Source: Squalus acanthias
Taxonomy: Eukaryota
Assembly (NCBI GenBank): GCA_030390025.1
Contig: CM059432.1
Coordinates: forward strand, 39,124,001 to 39,188,000
DNA length: 64,000 bases
Reading direction: 5' to 3'
Shown: positions 36,763-49,754 of the stretch, piece by piece
Layout of the letters: the number at the start of each line of letters is the position of its first letter
How positions within the stretch are numbered: the stretch's first letter is position 1
Notes under the pieces: model-generated
The model's database searches: none
Told to the model about the DNA's origin: nothing
Seen by the model: only the letters and a program-made list of their open reading frames with translations
Program-made: the position numbers and the translations under genes

Positions 36763-38459
36763 GTCCGCGATTTTGCTGACCTCGGCTGGTCCGTGGTGGG
36801 CGACGTCGGTGGCGGGTCCCAACCCCGCTGCTGGCTCCATCCCGCTCTGTGAAATGAATTTCCTTGGTGGGGCTTTTTAAGCCCACTAGCGCGTTTCCTG
36901 GCTAATTAGAGGAAGCGAGTCTGGTGACATCATTTGATGACGCGTCAGCAACCGGTTTCCGTAAAGGGACCATGTCCAAATTTATTTTGACATTTGTGCT
37001 GTCCGTGTTCTACAGCATTGAGGTGCTGCAAACACTGACAATGACTGCACAGAGGTGCAGGGCTACACCCAGGCTCTCTCATGAGTCCCTCTATATGCTT
37101 ATGGAGGGCGCCACAGCACGCAGGAAGGTCCTCTTCCCTTCCCATGGGTGGAAGAGTCCTCCCTGGGAGATCAACGCAGCCTGGTTGCACATTGCAGAGG
37201 AGGGCACAAGCAGGAATGTGGTCAGGAGGACCAGGCTGCAGTGCCGCAAACCTTTCAATGATCTCAGTAGATCAAGAAACGTTAGTACAAATCCACCTCG
37301 ACCTCATCCTGCTGTGCCTCTCATCGCATGCCCATCACTCTGCCTTCCCTACCCTACTGCTGCAGATCCTTACTCACACCAACTTACCTTGCACCTCCAC
37401 CCATCCCTCTCTATTTATTTTATCACATCGCCATCTCACTAGCCACCCCTCACACTCACCTTCATCCTAGTGCAATCATACCAACTAGCAGCACACAAGG
37501 GTAGCCACTTGGGTGTTTTAGGCAATGTTCATGTAAAGTTTCTGTTAATGTGGTGTTAAACATTGAACCTTTATTTTCAACACTTTGCGTTATTGGACAG
37601 ATTTGTGTGCACATTTGGAAGTGGAATAGTGAGTTGCAGTGAATGGTGAGACATAATGGTACCCCCTGCAATGGTGATGAGTGTGAAAGGAATGGCTTGG
37701 GCATTGTAGGGATGCTTTATGGTGTTGGTGTGAGGTGGTGCAACCTGGCGCATCATGTGGCAGCCAGGGTGTACAGCGTCAAGTGAAGTAAATCTGGCCA
37801 TGATGAGACCATCCCTGGCCTCCCGGGCATCAATGTGCTCGGGTGCTGATGCCCTGTGCTGCTGGTGTTAGGGCTGATCATGGTGGGATTCTGAGGACCA
37901 AGGTGAGAGAGTATAAAGGGCACCCATGCTGATAGAATAGATGGCAGATGACGTAGAGATGACTGAAGCGATCTGTCAATGGTGAGGGAGGTAATGAGGT
38001 CAGACTGGATGGAGACTTGTGTAAATACTTGCAGCATGGTGAATCTGTTGTGGAAATGCAGTGAGGAAGAATTTGTGGCTGAGGGAAGATATCTCTGTAA
38101 GGTGGGAGCTTTTACTTTACATTTGAAGTTGTCAACTCAACAGCTGATTCAATGGCCACTGAACTCCCACCTCAGCTTGACAGATATGATCCACGACCAG
38201 CCTGGACCCCATGGCGAGCTGTCAAATGCAAAATGCAAGCTTAAAATCATTCTTAAGTGGCTCGAAACAAGCAACTAAGTACCTGAATTGGGCCCCCCAC
38301 CGCTGCCTGTCGGGTCTGCTCAGCGCTGACAGACCCGGCATCAGGAAAGGCGCGTGGGAGAGAGTTAATAGCAGGTTCCCGACCCGCTGTCAAAAATATC
38401 AAATTTCCCACCTGACCCGCCACCAATCCCGCCCGCTGAGCCCCCAGAAAATTCCGGCC
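36763..38459 (+). mobile_element. PIF/Harbinger deletion derivative
   Basis: TIRs GTCCGCGATTTT...AAAATTCCGGCC; 3-bp TSD AAT; interrupts L2; carries a Myb/SANT-like ORF. Confidence 0.85.
37041..37280 (+). pseudogene. Harbinger Myb/SANT-like DNA-binding domain
   Basis: RATPRLS...RRKVLF...AAWLHIAEE...RTRLQCRKPFNDL. Confidence 0.75.
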
Positions 38460-39974
38460 AATGGCTTCGGTCTTCCCAATATTTAGTTGGAGGAAATTTC
38501 TGCTCATCCAGTGCTGGATGTCGAACAAGCAGTCTGACAATTTAGAGACAGTGGAGGGGTTGAGAGAGGTGGTGGTGAGGTACAGTTGGGTGTCATCAGC
38601 GTACATGTGTGTGTTTTTGGATTAAAACCAGAAAATGCTGGAAATACTCAGCAGGAGGAGGAGGTGTCAAAGGCTGCAGATAGGTTGCGAAGGACGAGGA
38701 GAGATAGTTTACCTTTGTCACAGTTGGATGTCAAACAGCATCACATGTAAGAGATCTGCTGGTATCACCCTGTTAAAGTGAGTAAAGGGGTTTTAAGGTT
38801 TTGCATGCAATTACTTGCTATCAAGGGAGATGACAGTACATACTGTAAGTTCCCGAGTTAGTGCTACCCTTAACCACTGTTAAGGGTAACCCGTGCAGCT
38901 CTTAATATTAGAAGGTGAAGAATGTACTGATGCCCAGGGGGCCGAAGGAAGAAAAGGGAGAGTGGCTGGTGCCTGCCCTCATCAGCCATTGAACTTCTTA
39001 AGACACTGGTCTGCAGTTCTAGGGATGAGAGAAGTGGTACTCAGTGCTATTGCCAATTCTCTCTAGTTGGCACAAGACATAGGAGGGGATTTTGACTGGC
39101 CAGAAGCTGGGCAGTTAAAATCAGCCAGGTTACAAACCTGCCGAAAAGTGCCAGGCTACCCACTGTCCAGCATTTTAAGCTGCTCTCCTGAGCAGGCAGC
39201 AAGAACACCCACCCAAAGCCGGCAGGATCCTTCAAGATGCGACTACAATTTTAACTGAGGCCAGAGTTGGGAAGCCTGCATGCTGTGAGGACAGCACGTG
39301 CCCCAGCCGGGAGCCCCGAGCCTGGCCTGAAATTTGGCGCCGGTCTTCATTAAAAAAAAGTTGCGCAAGATGCCGGCAGCTCGTACGTTTATTTAGAAGA
39401 ATATCGGGTCGCTTGCCTCGCCAGCAGTGATGAGACTTCCCTGCCGGCAGGCGACAGGAGTAAAACGGTCACAACAAAGTCCCGTTTCTACCCCATTATC
39501 CATTTCAGACCACAGTGTAATGCCCCAGGCTATGTTATCATATGAGTAGATATTGAGCAAACTACTGAACTTACGTTGCAGAGACTGATTATGGAAGTGA
39601 CCATCGTTGCTGATTCTGAAAGAATATCTAAGGCAGACCTAATATTTGTGACAGGCAACCTCACAGGCGCAGCAATACAGCATGCCTGGAAGAGGTTCTG
39701 GCCAAGTTTAACTCTGCATACAATATCCACATGATCTGGGAAGAGATGTACAATACGGTGGTGCAACTTAAGACTACACAATAGTAATATTTACCAGTTA
39801 GATGGGTCAAGTTTGCTTGTTAACCAAAGATATTAAGGGATATGGGCCAAAGGCAGGTATATGGAGTTAGGTCGCAGATCAGCCATGATCTCATTGAATG
39901 GCGGAGCAGGCTCGAGGGGCTGAATGGCCTCCTCCTGTTCCTATGTTCCACACAGATCTTTCATTGCTTATATC

Positions 39975-41580
39975 ATAGAATCATAGAAGGATACAGCACA
40001 GAAGGAGGCCACTTGGCCCATCGTGCCTGTGCTGGCTCTTTGGTAGAGCTATCCAAATAGTTCCATTCCCTTGCTCTTCCCCCATAGCCCTGTAAATTTT
40101 TTCCCTTCAAGTATTTAACCAATTCCCTTTTAAAAGTTACTATTGAATCTGCTTCCATCACCCTTTCAGGCAGCGCATTCCTGATCAAACTCACTGCGTA
40201 AAAAAATGTTTCCACATGTCGCCTCTGGTTCTTTCTCCAATCAACTTAAATCTGTGTCCTCTGGTTACCGACCCTTCTGCCACTGGAAACAATTTCTCCT
40301 TAATTGCTCTATCGAAAACATTCATGAGTTTGAACACCTCTATCAAATCTCCTCTTAACCTTCTCTGCGCTAAGGAGAACAACCCAAGCTTCTCCAGTCT
40401 TCACATAACTGAAGTCCTTCATCTCTTATTCCATTTCTAGCAAATCTCTTCTGCACCTTCGCTAAGGCCTTAACATCCTTCATAAAGTGTGATGCCCAGA
40501 ATTAAACACAATGACCCGTATTTTCCGATCGCAGGCCTCCTGCGTGCGGAGGCCTGCGATCAGGAAAAATCTATGCCCTTACCTGAGGGCTCCCGGGACA
40601 CATACGCTTCCAATCCTGGGCCTCTCCAAACTCCAAGTGTGCAGAGCCCACGTATCCCAGAGGCGCATGTAGTTCGCAGCATCCCTGGATCACGTGGGCC
40701 ATGGGGAGCCAATCAAAGAAGGGAATCTCCCTTCATACACTTGACAGGAAGACCTGTCAAATATATGAATGGAGATCACCCCAAAAACACAGTAAAACTT
40801 TAAATAAATTTTTTTTTTAAATCACATTTTTAAAATGACTTGAAATTACAATAAATTAAACATTTTAAACAAAAATTTAATTTTTTGAAAAAAATAATTA
40901 AAGGTTTTTTACGGGGCTGAAAATAAACTTACCTATTTTAAAGTATTTTTAAATGATAAATCAGTTAAACATTTTTTTAATTTTTTTTTACTTTTTTTCA
41001 ACTCTTATCTTACCAGGTGTAAGAATTCTAAGGGTTTTCTGCAGGCGGAGGGTCTCCAAAAAGCAGAACTATCCGCCCGCAGAGGCCCTTCTCTAGGGCA
41101 GCCGAAGGATCTGTCAAGACCATTCTTGACAGATTGGAAATGCCGGTTTTCAGCGCATGTGCTGTGCATGCCTAAAACCGGCATTTCCGATGTCTCTACG
41201 GGTGGGTACACAGCGCGTACACACCCGTAGGGATCGGAATATCTGGGCCAGAACTCCAGCTGAGGCCTAACCTGTGTTTTATAAAGGTTCAACATAAATT
41301 CCTTGCTTTTGTACTCTATGCCTCTATTTAAAAAGCCCAGGAATCCATATGCTTTTTTAACAGCCTTCTCAGCTTGTCCTACTGCCTTCAAAGATTTGTG
41401 TACATACACCCCTAGGTCTCTCTGTTCCTGCACCCCCATTTAGAATTGTACCATTGAGTTTATATTGCCTCTCCTCATTCTTCCTACCAAAATATATCCC
41501 TTCACACTTCTCTGCATTAAATTTAATCTGCCATGTGTCTGCCCATTCAACTAGTCTGTCTATGTCCTCCTGAACTCTGT
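39975..41580 (-). mobile_element. CR1 3' portion, interrupted by a MITE
   Basis: QRDLGVYVHKSLK...QRRLRGDLIEVFK; (ATGATTCT)-type tail. Confidence 0.88.
40513..41249. mobile_element. Harbinger-type MITE
   Basis: TIRs GACCCGTATTTTCCGATC...GATCGGAATATCTGGGCC; internal hairpins; no clean TSD. Confidence 0.7.
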
Positions 41581-42133
41581 TTTTTTTTAATTCGTTTTAT
41601 GGGATGTGGGCGTCACTGGCAAGGCCAGAATTTATTGTCCATCACTAATTGCCCTTGAGAAGGTGGTGCTGAGCCGCCTTCTTGAACCGCTGCAGTCCGT
41701 GTGGCAAAGGTACTCCCACAGTGCTGTTAGGTAGGGAGTTCTAGGATTTTGACCCAGCGACGATGAAGGATCGGCGATGTACTTCTAATTCAGGATGGTG
41801 TGTGACTTGGAGGTGAACTTGGAAGTGGTGGTGTTCCCATGCGCCTGCTGCCCTTGTCCTTCTAGGTGGAAGAGGTCGCGGGTTTGGGAGGTGCTGCCAA
41901 TAAAGCCTTGGCGAGTTGCTGCAGTGTATCTTGTAGATGGTATGCACTGCAGCCATGGTACGCCGGTGGTGGAGGGAGTGAATGTTTAAGGTGGTGGATG
42001 GGGTGCCAATCAAGCGGGCTGCTTTATCTTGGATGGTGTTGAGCTTCTTGAGTGTTGTTGGAGCTGCACTCATCCAGGCAAGTGGAGAGTATTCCATCAC
42101 ACTCCTTACTTGTGCCTTGTAGATGATGGAAAG

Positions 42134-42352
42134 TGACATGAATCTTGTCATTCATGTATAAAGTAATACTGGGCGGCCTGCTGGTGGCGCTGTCCAGGGA
42201 GAGTATAAATACTCGGGCATGAGCCCAGCTTGCTTAGGACATTCCTCAACAGGAACTAGTGAAGGACACAACTAGATCTCCATGTTGAAAAAACAGTTGA
42301 TTAAAGCTTTGTTTAACACTTAGACCAAGTGCCTAGTAGTTTTCTTATGTCA
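42134..42352 (+). mobile_element. 219-bp solo LTR (Gypsy-like)
   Basis: TGACAT...ATGTCA ends; 5-bp TSD GAAAG; TATAAA and ATTAAA in order. Confidence 0.85.
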
Positions 42353-42522
42353 GAAAGGCTTTGGGGAGTCAGGAGGTAAGACACTCGCCACAGAATACCT
42401 AGCCTCTGACCTGCTCTTGTTGCCACAATATTTATGTGGCTGGTCCAGTTCAGTTTCTGGTCAATGGTGACCCCCAGGATGTTGATGGTGGTGGATTCAG
42501 CGATGGTAATGCCATTGAATGT

Positions 42523-43134
42523 TGTCGAAGCTTCGACTTCCGAGTAAGACTCTTGAAACATAAAGTATCATCAAAGACAGGCTTTATTATTTACTTGCTC
42601 GCAAGGAGAATGTATGTAGTCAACGGCTACTTGACACTCTGAAGAATTACAGAAAAATGCAACATCTTTATACACTGAAAATACAAGCTTTCTATATCAC
42701 ATGACATGGTATTAAATCACAGTTGATTAAAAGCATAGCGCCTGCAAAAACAAGTTAAAAAGGAGTATGTGTATGTTTAAGGAGGACTTTCTATAAGGTC
42801 AGAAAGGTTAAAGGAGCAGGAATACCTTGAGATAAGGCTAGCTAATCTCTTCTCACGGAGGAAGCTTGTACTCCTCCCACCATGCCATCTGGAATCAAAG
42901 GCTAAATGTTTACTTCACTAGTCCTTGGTTATCTCAAGTTGATTAGAAGAAGCCTCTTTGTTCTGTACCAGTTGCTGCGAAAACAGCATAGTCTGCAAAG
43001 TTTAAATTCATCACCATGAGAAGTCATAAGCAACTTTATCTTTTCCCAGGCAAGTCAGAGTCAGGCCATTTTGTATCTCTTATTCTGTGTCTAGGAAGCC
43101 ATTTTGTGTCCAAGTAAGAAAATACACTTCCACA
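42523..43134 (-). mobile_element. 612-bp solo LTR (ERV-like)
   Basis: TGTCGAAG...CTTCCACA ends; 4-bp TSD ATGT; minus-strand TATAAA ~42670 then AATAAA ~42585. Confidence 0.85.
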
Positions 43135-45774
43135 ATGTCAAGGGGCAGTGGTTAGACTCTTGCTTATTGGAGATAGTCATTGCCTGGCACTTCTGTGGTG
43201 CAAATGTTACCTGCCACTTATCAGCCCAAGCCTGAACGTCGTCTAGGTTTTGTTGCATGCGGGCATGGACTACTTCATTCTCTGAGGAGTTGTGAATGGC
43301 ACTGAACACTGTGCTGTCATCAGCGAACATCCCCATTTCTGAGCTTATGTTGGAGGGAAGGTCATTGATGAAGCTGCTGAAGATGGTTGGGCCTAGGACA
43401 CTGCCCTGAGGAACTCCTGCAGTGATGTCCTGGAGTTGTGATGATTGACCTTCAACCATCACAACCATCTTCCTTTGTACTAGGTATGACTCCAGCCAGT
43501 GGAGAGTTTTCCCCCCAATTCCCATTGACTTCAGTTTTACTAGGACTCCTTGATGCCACACTCGGTCAAATGCTGCCTTGATGTCTAGGGCAGTCACTCT
43601 CACCTCACCTCTCGAATTCATCATTGTTTACTACATTTCCGAGTTTCGAGTATGGATATCCATACTCTGGCAAAGCACAAGTTCAAGCTGCAAATTACAA
43701 TTTAGATTTGTTACATCAAATCCTTATAACATATTCCTGCACAATTCCTAGTTACCTATTAACACACAGGATCAATTGGACATGTCTGTCACTGTATGTG
43801 CATGATAAGATGCCACATAATACAAGGGAATCCACCCAAACTGGAGTAGAGTTCATAAATGACAAGCCCTTGGATATCCTTGAATATAAAGGCATGGAGT
43901 GAGTAGGAGAAAGTAAACTGTAGGGGGGAGAAATTCGGTTGCGTTAGCGCCTGCCAGCACCTGCCTCCGCTGCCGTCCCTGGCCTCCTGAGCACCACCCT
44001 CCCGCGGAGTGCCGGCTGCTCTCCATGAGCCCGGCACTTCTCTTGAGTGCCGGGCTCTTTTGCCGATGCTCCGATCCCTGGTGGTCCAGCTGGGCCCCGG
44101 GTCGCGCTGCTCAAGGCCTCTCCCCTCCCCTGGACGGAGCTGGCGGTCAGACTCAATGCTGTGTACATAGCTGCAAGACCAGGAAACAAATACTGGAGCA
44201 GATGGCCTACTCTAAGGAATCTTGGAAGCTAATGCTACCCAACAATACCACGTGCTAGGTTGATGGCTCAAGATTGAGTGCCACAAAGTGCTTCCTATCA
44301 ACCTGTTCCACATTTATTACTCATCCATTTCAAGCCCTCAGCGAACCTGACAACTCTTTCATTGCCTCTCACACTTCAGCTGGGCACACAAGCAAGCTGA
44401 CAATTGGAAGCTGAGATATCTTCAAGGGCTTCACACATCAAATTACTATGACACCACCTAGCTGCATAATGCATGGTCACTTACTGACATCCAGGATGGG
44501 CTGCAGGTTGGGCACATCCCTCTCACTGTGTATCTGCTCCTTCAACTTGCATGACAAGATTGGATATAAGGAGACATTTTATTAATTCACACTCCTGATG
44601 ACAGAATGGGTGGAAGGTCATACCTGGAATCTCAATACGCACACCTGGTGGGTTATGCTCTGCACTGGGAGCACAAATTCATAAAAAAAATTACCTCTAT
44701 TATACAAGGGTACAGACCTGAACTGGAAATGAACTCAGAAATCAGAATTCCAGAATTCTTCTTGGTTGTAAGTGTAAAAATACAATTATCCTCCGAATTG
44801 CATTTGCCATCCACAGCACGCCCCACTTCTGGCTGTATTTCTCTTCTGCTTATGGCTGGCTGTTCCATGCATGCCTATCCCTGCTCACCTGAATTCCTTT
44901 TTCTCCGCACTCCCATTCTCTCACCCCCATCTCCCATGCTCTCCCCCTCACCTCTTCCTTCCCCTTTCCCTCCCTGTTCCCTCCCCATTCCCTTTTTTCT
45001 CTCTCTCACTGTCTTCTCTCACCCCTCCCACTGTTCTGCCCCTCATCTCCCCCCTCCTTTTCTGCTCCGCCTTCCCCTCTCCCTCTGCCCCATGTCGCCT
45101 CACCCCTTCCCCTCCCCAGCTGGTTTGAAAATCTATCCTTAGAAGATGATCAGTCTTCTCAATAGTAGATCCCTGGGAAATATCCTACATGGTAAAAAGT
45201 GGCCAATTTTCTGAATGCACACTTTCAGTGCAGAAGCGCACCCATCAGGAGTACATATCAGGAAATTGATTAACCTGATTTTCTGTCCCAAAGTGTATTC
45301 CCAGCCAGGCAAATGTGCTTGAAAAATCGGCTGGATAATATCTATAAACAATGCATAATAAATATATAGCTTGAACAGATTGCCTGAAGATATGCCAGAA
45401 GGCTGCAACAAGCTGTGGGCTTAGATGATGCCGACCTGTGAATCAACTGAACTTTGAGACTGCTGCAACCTGTTAACACACTCTCAAGCATGTAGCTTCA
45501 TATAACTTAAAAATGGTCACACTCTTTTGAGTTGTTTCAGACTTGTTTTGCTTATGGTTTGGGAGTTAGATGCTTTAGTATTTATATCAGCTGAGAATTG
45601 CGTTCTGTTCCGTCAATTAGCAGCAACCATAATTATTGTAGTGAAAGCAAGTGAGGTGGGACGAACATTGGGATTGATCAGTATCATGTAACAAGTGTAA
45701 AGTTGTTACAAGATTATTCCATTGCAGAGTATTACCAGATCCTACATTTATTGTGGTTGTACAATATATACTAC

Positions 45775-46365
45775 AACAACAACTTGCATTTATATAGCGC
45801 CTTTAACATAGTAAAACGTCCCACGGCACTTCACACGAGTGTTATAAGACAAAAAAAAATTGACACCGAGCCACATAAGGAGAAATGAGGGCAGGTGACC
45901 AAAAGCTTGGTCAGAGAGGTAGGTTTTAAGGAGCGTCTTAAAGGAGGAAAGAGAGGTAGCGAGGCGGAGAGGTTTAGGCAGGGAATTCCAGAGCTTAGGG
46001 CCAAGGCAACAGAAGGCACGGCCACCAATAGTTGAGCGATTATAATCAGGGATGCTCAAGAGGGCAGAATTGGAGGCGCGCAGATATCTGGGGGTGGGGG
46101 GGGGAGAAGGAAGTGCTGGAGAAGGTTACAGAGATAGGGAGGGGTGAGACCATGGAGGGACTTGAAAACGAGGATGAGAATTTTGAAATCGGGGCGTTGC
46201 TTAACTGGGAGCCAATGTAGGTCAGCGAGCACAGGGGTGATGGGTGAGTGGGACTTGGTGCAAGTTAGGACACGGGCAGCCGAGTTTTGGATCACCTCAA
46301 GTTTACATAGGGTAGAATGTGGGAGGCCAGCCAGGAGAGTGTTGGAATAGTCAAGTCTAGAAATA
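45775..46365 (-). mobile_element. L2 LINE 3' fragment
   Basis: SRLDYSN...QNSAARVL...LHWLPV; (GTT)n tail. Confidence 0.9.
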
Positions 46366-47056
46366 CAGTGAAATACTGATGTCACTATAGCCTGGAAATT
46401 GTGCAGATTAGGAGGACATGGTGCAAAGCGAGTGTTAACGATGACTGCACTCTCCTGATATTTGGAATTTGAATATATTAACTATCTTAGGTGGGTTTCT
46501 GCCTGACCAACAAACTGCCTGAGGAAATGTTAGCATGTGGAGCAAAGCTGACAGGAATTTAAAAGGCCCTCAGTAGCCACTTAAATGGCTACATTCTCAC
46601 CTACAAACAAGGGAAGGGGTTTGGAGCTGCCAGGTTCCTGTATCATGGAAGGTTGTCGCCCATGCAGATTCACAGATGCTGCTCTTGAAGTCACTCTGTG
46701 TGAATTGATGCAAAGAAGGGCTGCCCTCTTTGGCAGTGTTGGCTCCACAGGAAAAGAGTAGTACAACAAGTGTAGCAAGGAACTGCTGACAGGGTGAATA
46801 CTGTCAGCAACACCTAGAGGACCTCTACGATTTTATGTCCAAACCTCTTTCAATGCAATTCCTTAACTAAGTAATGTTCCCCATTTTTTTCTGCTGATGT
46901 GCTAGTCCTTATCTGAATTAAACTTCATCTATTATAGTTCTGCCCACTTGCAAATATTGGGTAGAACTTCCGTGGAGTTTTGCCGAATTCCCATCATAAC
47001 TTCAGCGGAAAATGGCAAAAACCGTGCAGAAACGGAAATTCCAGGAAATTGTCTAA

Positions 47057-47377
47057 TTCCCACAAACAGAAATGAGATACATGACCAGATCATCTGTTTT
47101 AGTGATGTTGGTTGAGAGATAAATGTTGGCCAGGACACTGGGAAACTCCCCATCTCTTCTTTGAATAGTGTTATGCAATCTTTTACCTCCACCTAAGAGG
47201 GCAGATGGGGCTTCGGTTTAATGTCTCATCCAAAAGATGGCACCTCCGACATTGCAGCGCACTCCTTCAGTACTGCACTGGACTGTCCGCTTGAATTATA
47301 TGCTCAAGTCTTTGGAGTGGGGCTTGAACTCACAACCTTTTGACTCGGGCAAGAGTGCTACCCACTGAGCCAAGGCT
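47057..47377 (-). mobile_element. tRNA-derived DeuSINE (SacSINE1-like)
   Basis: A box TGGCTCAGTGG, B box GAGTTCAAGCC, Deu-like core GTAAAAGAT...GTGTCCTGGCCAACATT. Confidence 0.75.
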
Positions 47378-48289
47378 AACCCCTAGCCCTGGATTTTTAC
47401 TCTTGGGTGGGAACGCAGCAAATCGAGCGACCTGCCAGTCCGGGAGTGGCAGCAGGCAGGCTTGGCCCATTTTAATGGCCGAGCCTCATTTGCATGTTGC
47501 TTGCCAACTTCCCGACCACAACAGCTTGAAAATAGGGGGCCACTTGAGGCTGATCAAGTGTTTATGGAGTTGCTCCAACACCCACTACTAGATCTAGTGA
47601 CAGAGGTTTGATTTCCTGGCTTTTGGGAGAGGCAGGTGCTCAAGATGAGCTGTAGAGGCATGGACACTGCTTACCCCATGCTAATTGGATGCCCTCTCCC
47701 TGACCCAATATACTCTGGCAGGGTCAGTGTTGGAAGCACAAGTGCCAGGATCAAGGCCTGTGGAATTTCAAGGCCATTGAGTTTGAGTTGCAGAAATGAC
47801 TATAATGGCTGACATGCTACTAGTATCTCCCCTATTGAATACTTGAACTTATTTCTGTATTAACTCTTTTTGGTTCATCCTCAGCTTTAACCTTGTTTAC
47901 ATTCTTAAAGGATCTCAATTCATCTTTGATAACCCTCGTTCTGTTCTAGTACTCAGAGAATTTCTTACATTTGGCTGCGACAGCTATGCTCATTCTCTAG
48001 TGACTTAGGAAACCTCATATTGGTTGGATGAAGATATTAGATATTTGGCGCATATTTTATAAACAGTTCCTCATTACTGTGCTATGGGAGTGTGTTATTA
48101 TCTTCTACAATGGGTCACACACCACCATCTGGCACATGTGGAAATAAGAAAGCTTAGAGTTTAGAGGAAGGTGAAATGATTTATCTGAGAAAAATGTATG
48201 GTTAGAAACAATAAAAGACAATGGGAGCCCAGATGTTTCAGAAATTGACAGCAAATATGTAGGAGCTGCGCTGTGTGAGACAGTACAGA

Positions 48290-49752
48290 ATTGCCATAAT
48301 TTCCCAATCTTCCCTAGATGCGGGGGAGGTGCCTAAGGATTGGAAAGTGGCAAATGTGACACCATTGTTCAAGGAAGGGTGTAAGGACAATCTTGGTAAC
48401 GACACGCCAGTCAGTTTAACATCAGTGGTGGGTAAAGTTTTAGAAATTTAACAGGCACTTGGAGAGGTTTAAGCTAATTAAGGAGAGCCAACACAGATTT
48501 GTAAAAGGCAGATCATCTTTGACTAATCTAATTGAATTTTTTGATGAAGTAACAGGGAGGATCGATGAAGGGAATGCAATGGATGCTGTCTACATGGATT
48601 TTAGGAAGGCTTTTGACAAAGTACCACATAGATGGCTGGTTAACAAAATTGAGGCTCATAGAATAGGTGGGTCAGTGGCAGCTTGGATAAGGAATTGGCT
48701 GAAGGACAGAAAACAGCGAGTTGCGGTAAATGGCTGTTTTTCAGACTGGAGGATGGTAGACAGTGGTGTTCCCCAAGGGTCAGTGTTGGGACCACTGCTT
48801 TTTTTGATATATATAAATGACCTGGATGTTGGAATACAAAGTAGAATTTCTAAATTTGCTGATGACACCAAACTTGGGGGTGTGGCAAACAGTGATGATG
48901 ATACCAATCGACTGCAACAGGACATAGAAAGGCTAGCAGAATGGGCAGACAAGTGGCAGATGGAATTTAATACAGAGAAGTGTGAGGTGATGCATTTTGG
49001 CAGAAGGAACAGGGAGAGACAATATACACTTAATGGCACAGTTTTAAAGAGTGTGCAGGGACAGAACGAACTGGGAGTTAATGTGCATAGGTCCCTGAAG
49101 GTGGCAGGACATATTGAGAGAGTGGTTAGCAAAGCATATGGGATCTTGGGCTTCATAAATAGACATATTGAGTACAAAAGTAGAGAAGTTATGCTGAATC
49201 TTTATAAAGCGCTGGTTAGGCCACAACTGGAGTATTGCATCCAGTTCTGCTCACCAGACTTTAGGAAGGATGTGAAGGCCCTTGAGAGGGTGCAGAGGAG
49301 ATTTACCAGAATGGTTCCAGGGATGGGGGATCTAGCTACAAGGACAGGTTGGAGAAGCTGGATTTGTTTTCATTAGAGCAAAGGAGGTTGAGGGGTGATT
49401 TGATAGAGGTGTGCAAGATTATGACGGGTTTGGATAGGCTAGACGGGGAAAGGCTGTTCCCACTAGTTGATGGTACAAGGACTAGGGGACACAGATTTAT
49501 GGTTTTGGGCAAGAGATACAGGAGGGATGTGAGGAACAACTTTTTTACGCAGTGGGTGGTGATGACCTGGAACTCGCTGCTGACGGAAGTGGTGGAAATG
49601 AAGACACTCAATGTTTTCAAGGGGAGACTGGATAGGCACTTGAGGGAAATAAACTTGCGGGGGAATGGGACTGACTGGATTGCTCTACAGAGAGCCGGCA
49701 CAGACTCGATGGGCCGAATGGCCTCCTTCTGCACTGTTATGACTCTATGACA
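48290..49752 (+). mobile_element. 5'-truncated CR1 (RT to 3' tail)
   Basis: 305-aa RT segment plus frameshifted C-terminus; ATGACTCT tail. Confidence 0.93.
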
Positions 49753-49754
49753 TC

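Larger units (their letters stand above)
31441..38610 (-). mobile_element. L2 LINE split into 31441-31721, 36218-36762 and 38460-38610
   Basis: YADDTQLY at 38606; sequence is contiguous across both insertions by comparison with 45775-46365; (GTT)n tail. Confidence 0.85.
41580..43620 (-). mobile_element. 5'-truncated CR1/L2-group LINE split by two solo LTRs
   Basis: Colinear with 57500-58680 apart from two inserts. Confidence 0.9.

Noticed and set aside
39530..39781. Short unique ORF
   Set aside because: No motif or splice support
44606..45142. 178-aa Pro/Ser-rich ORF
   Set aside because: Low-complexity polypyrimidine tract
47310..47377. tRNA gene
   Set aside because: SINE head continuous with a Deu-like body; no full cloverleaf
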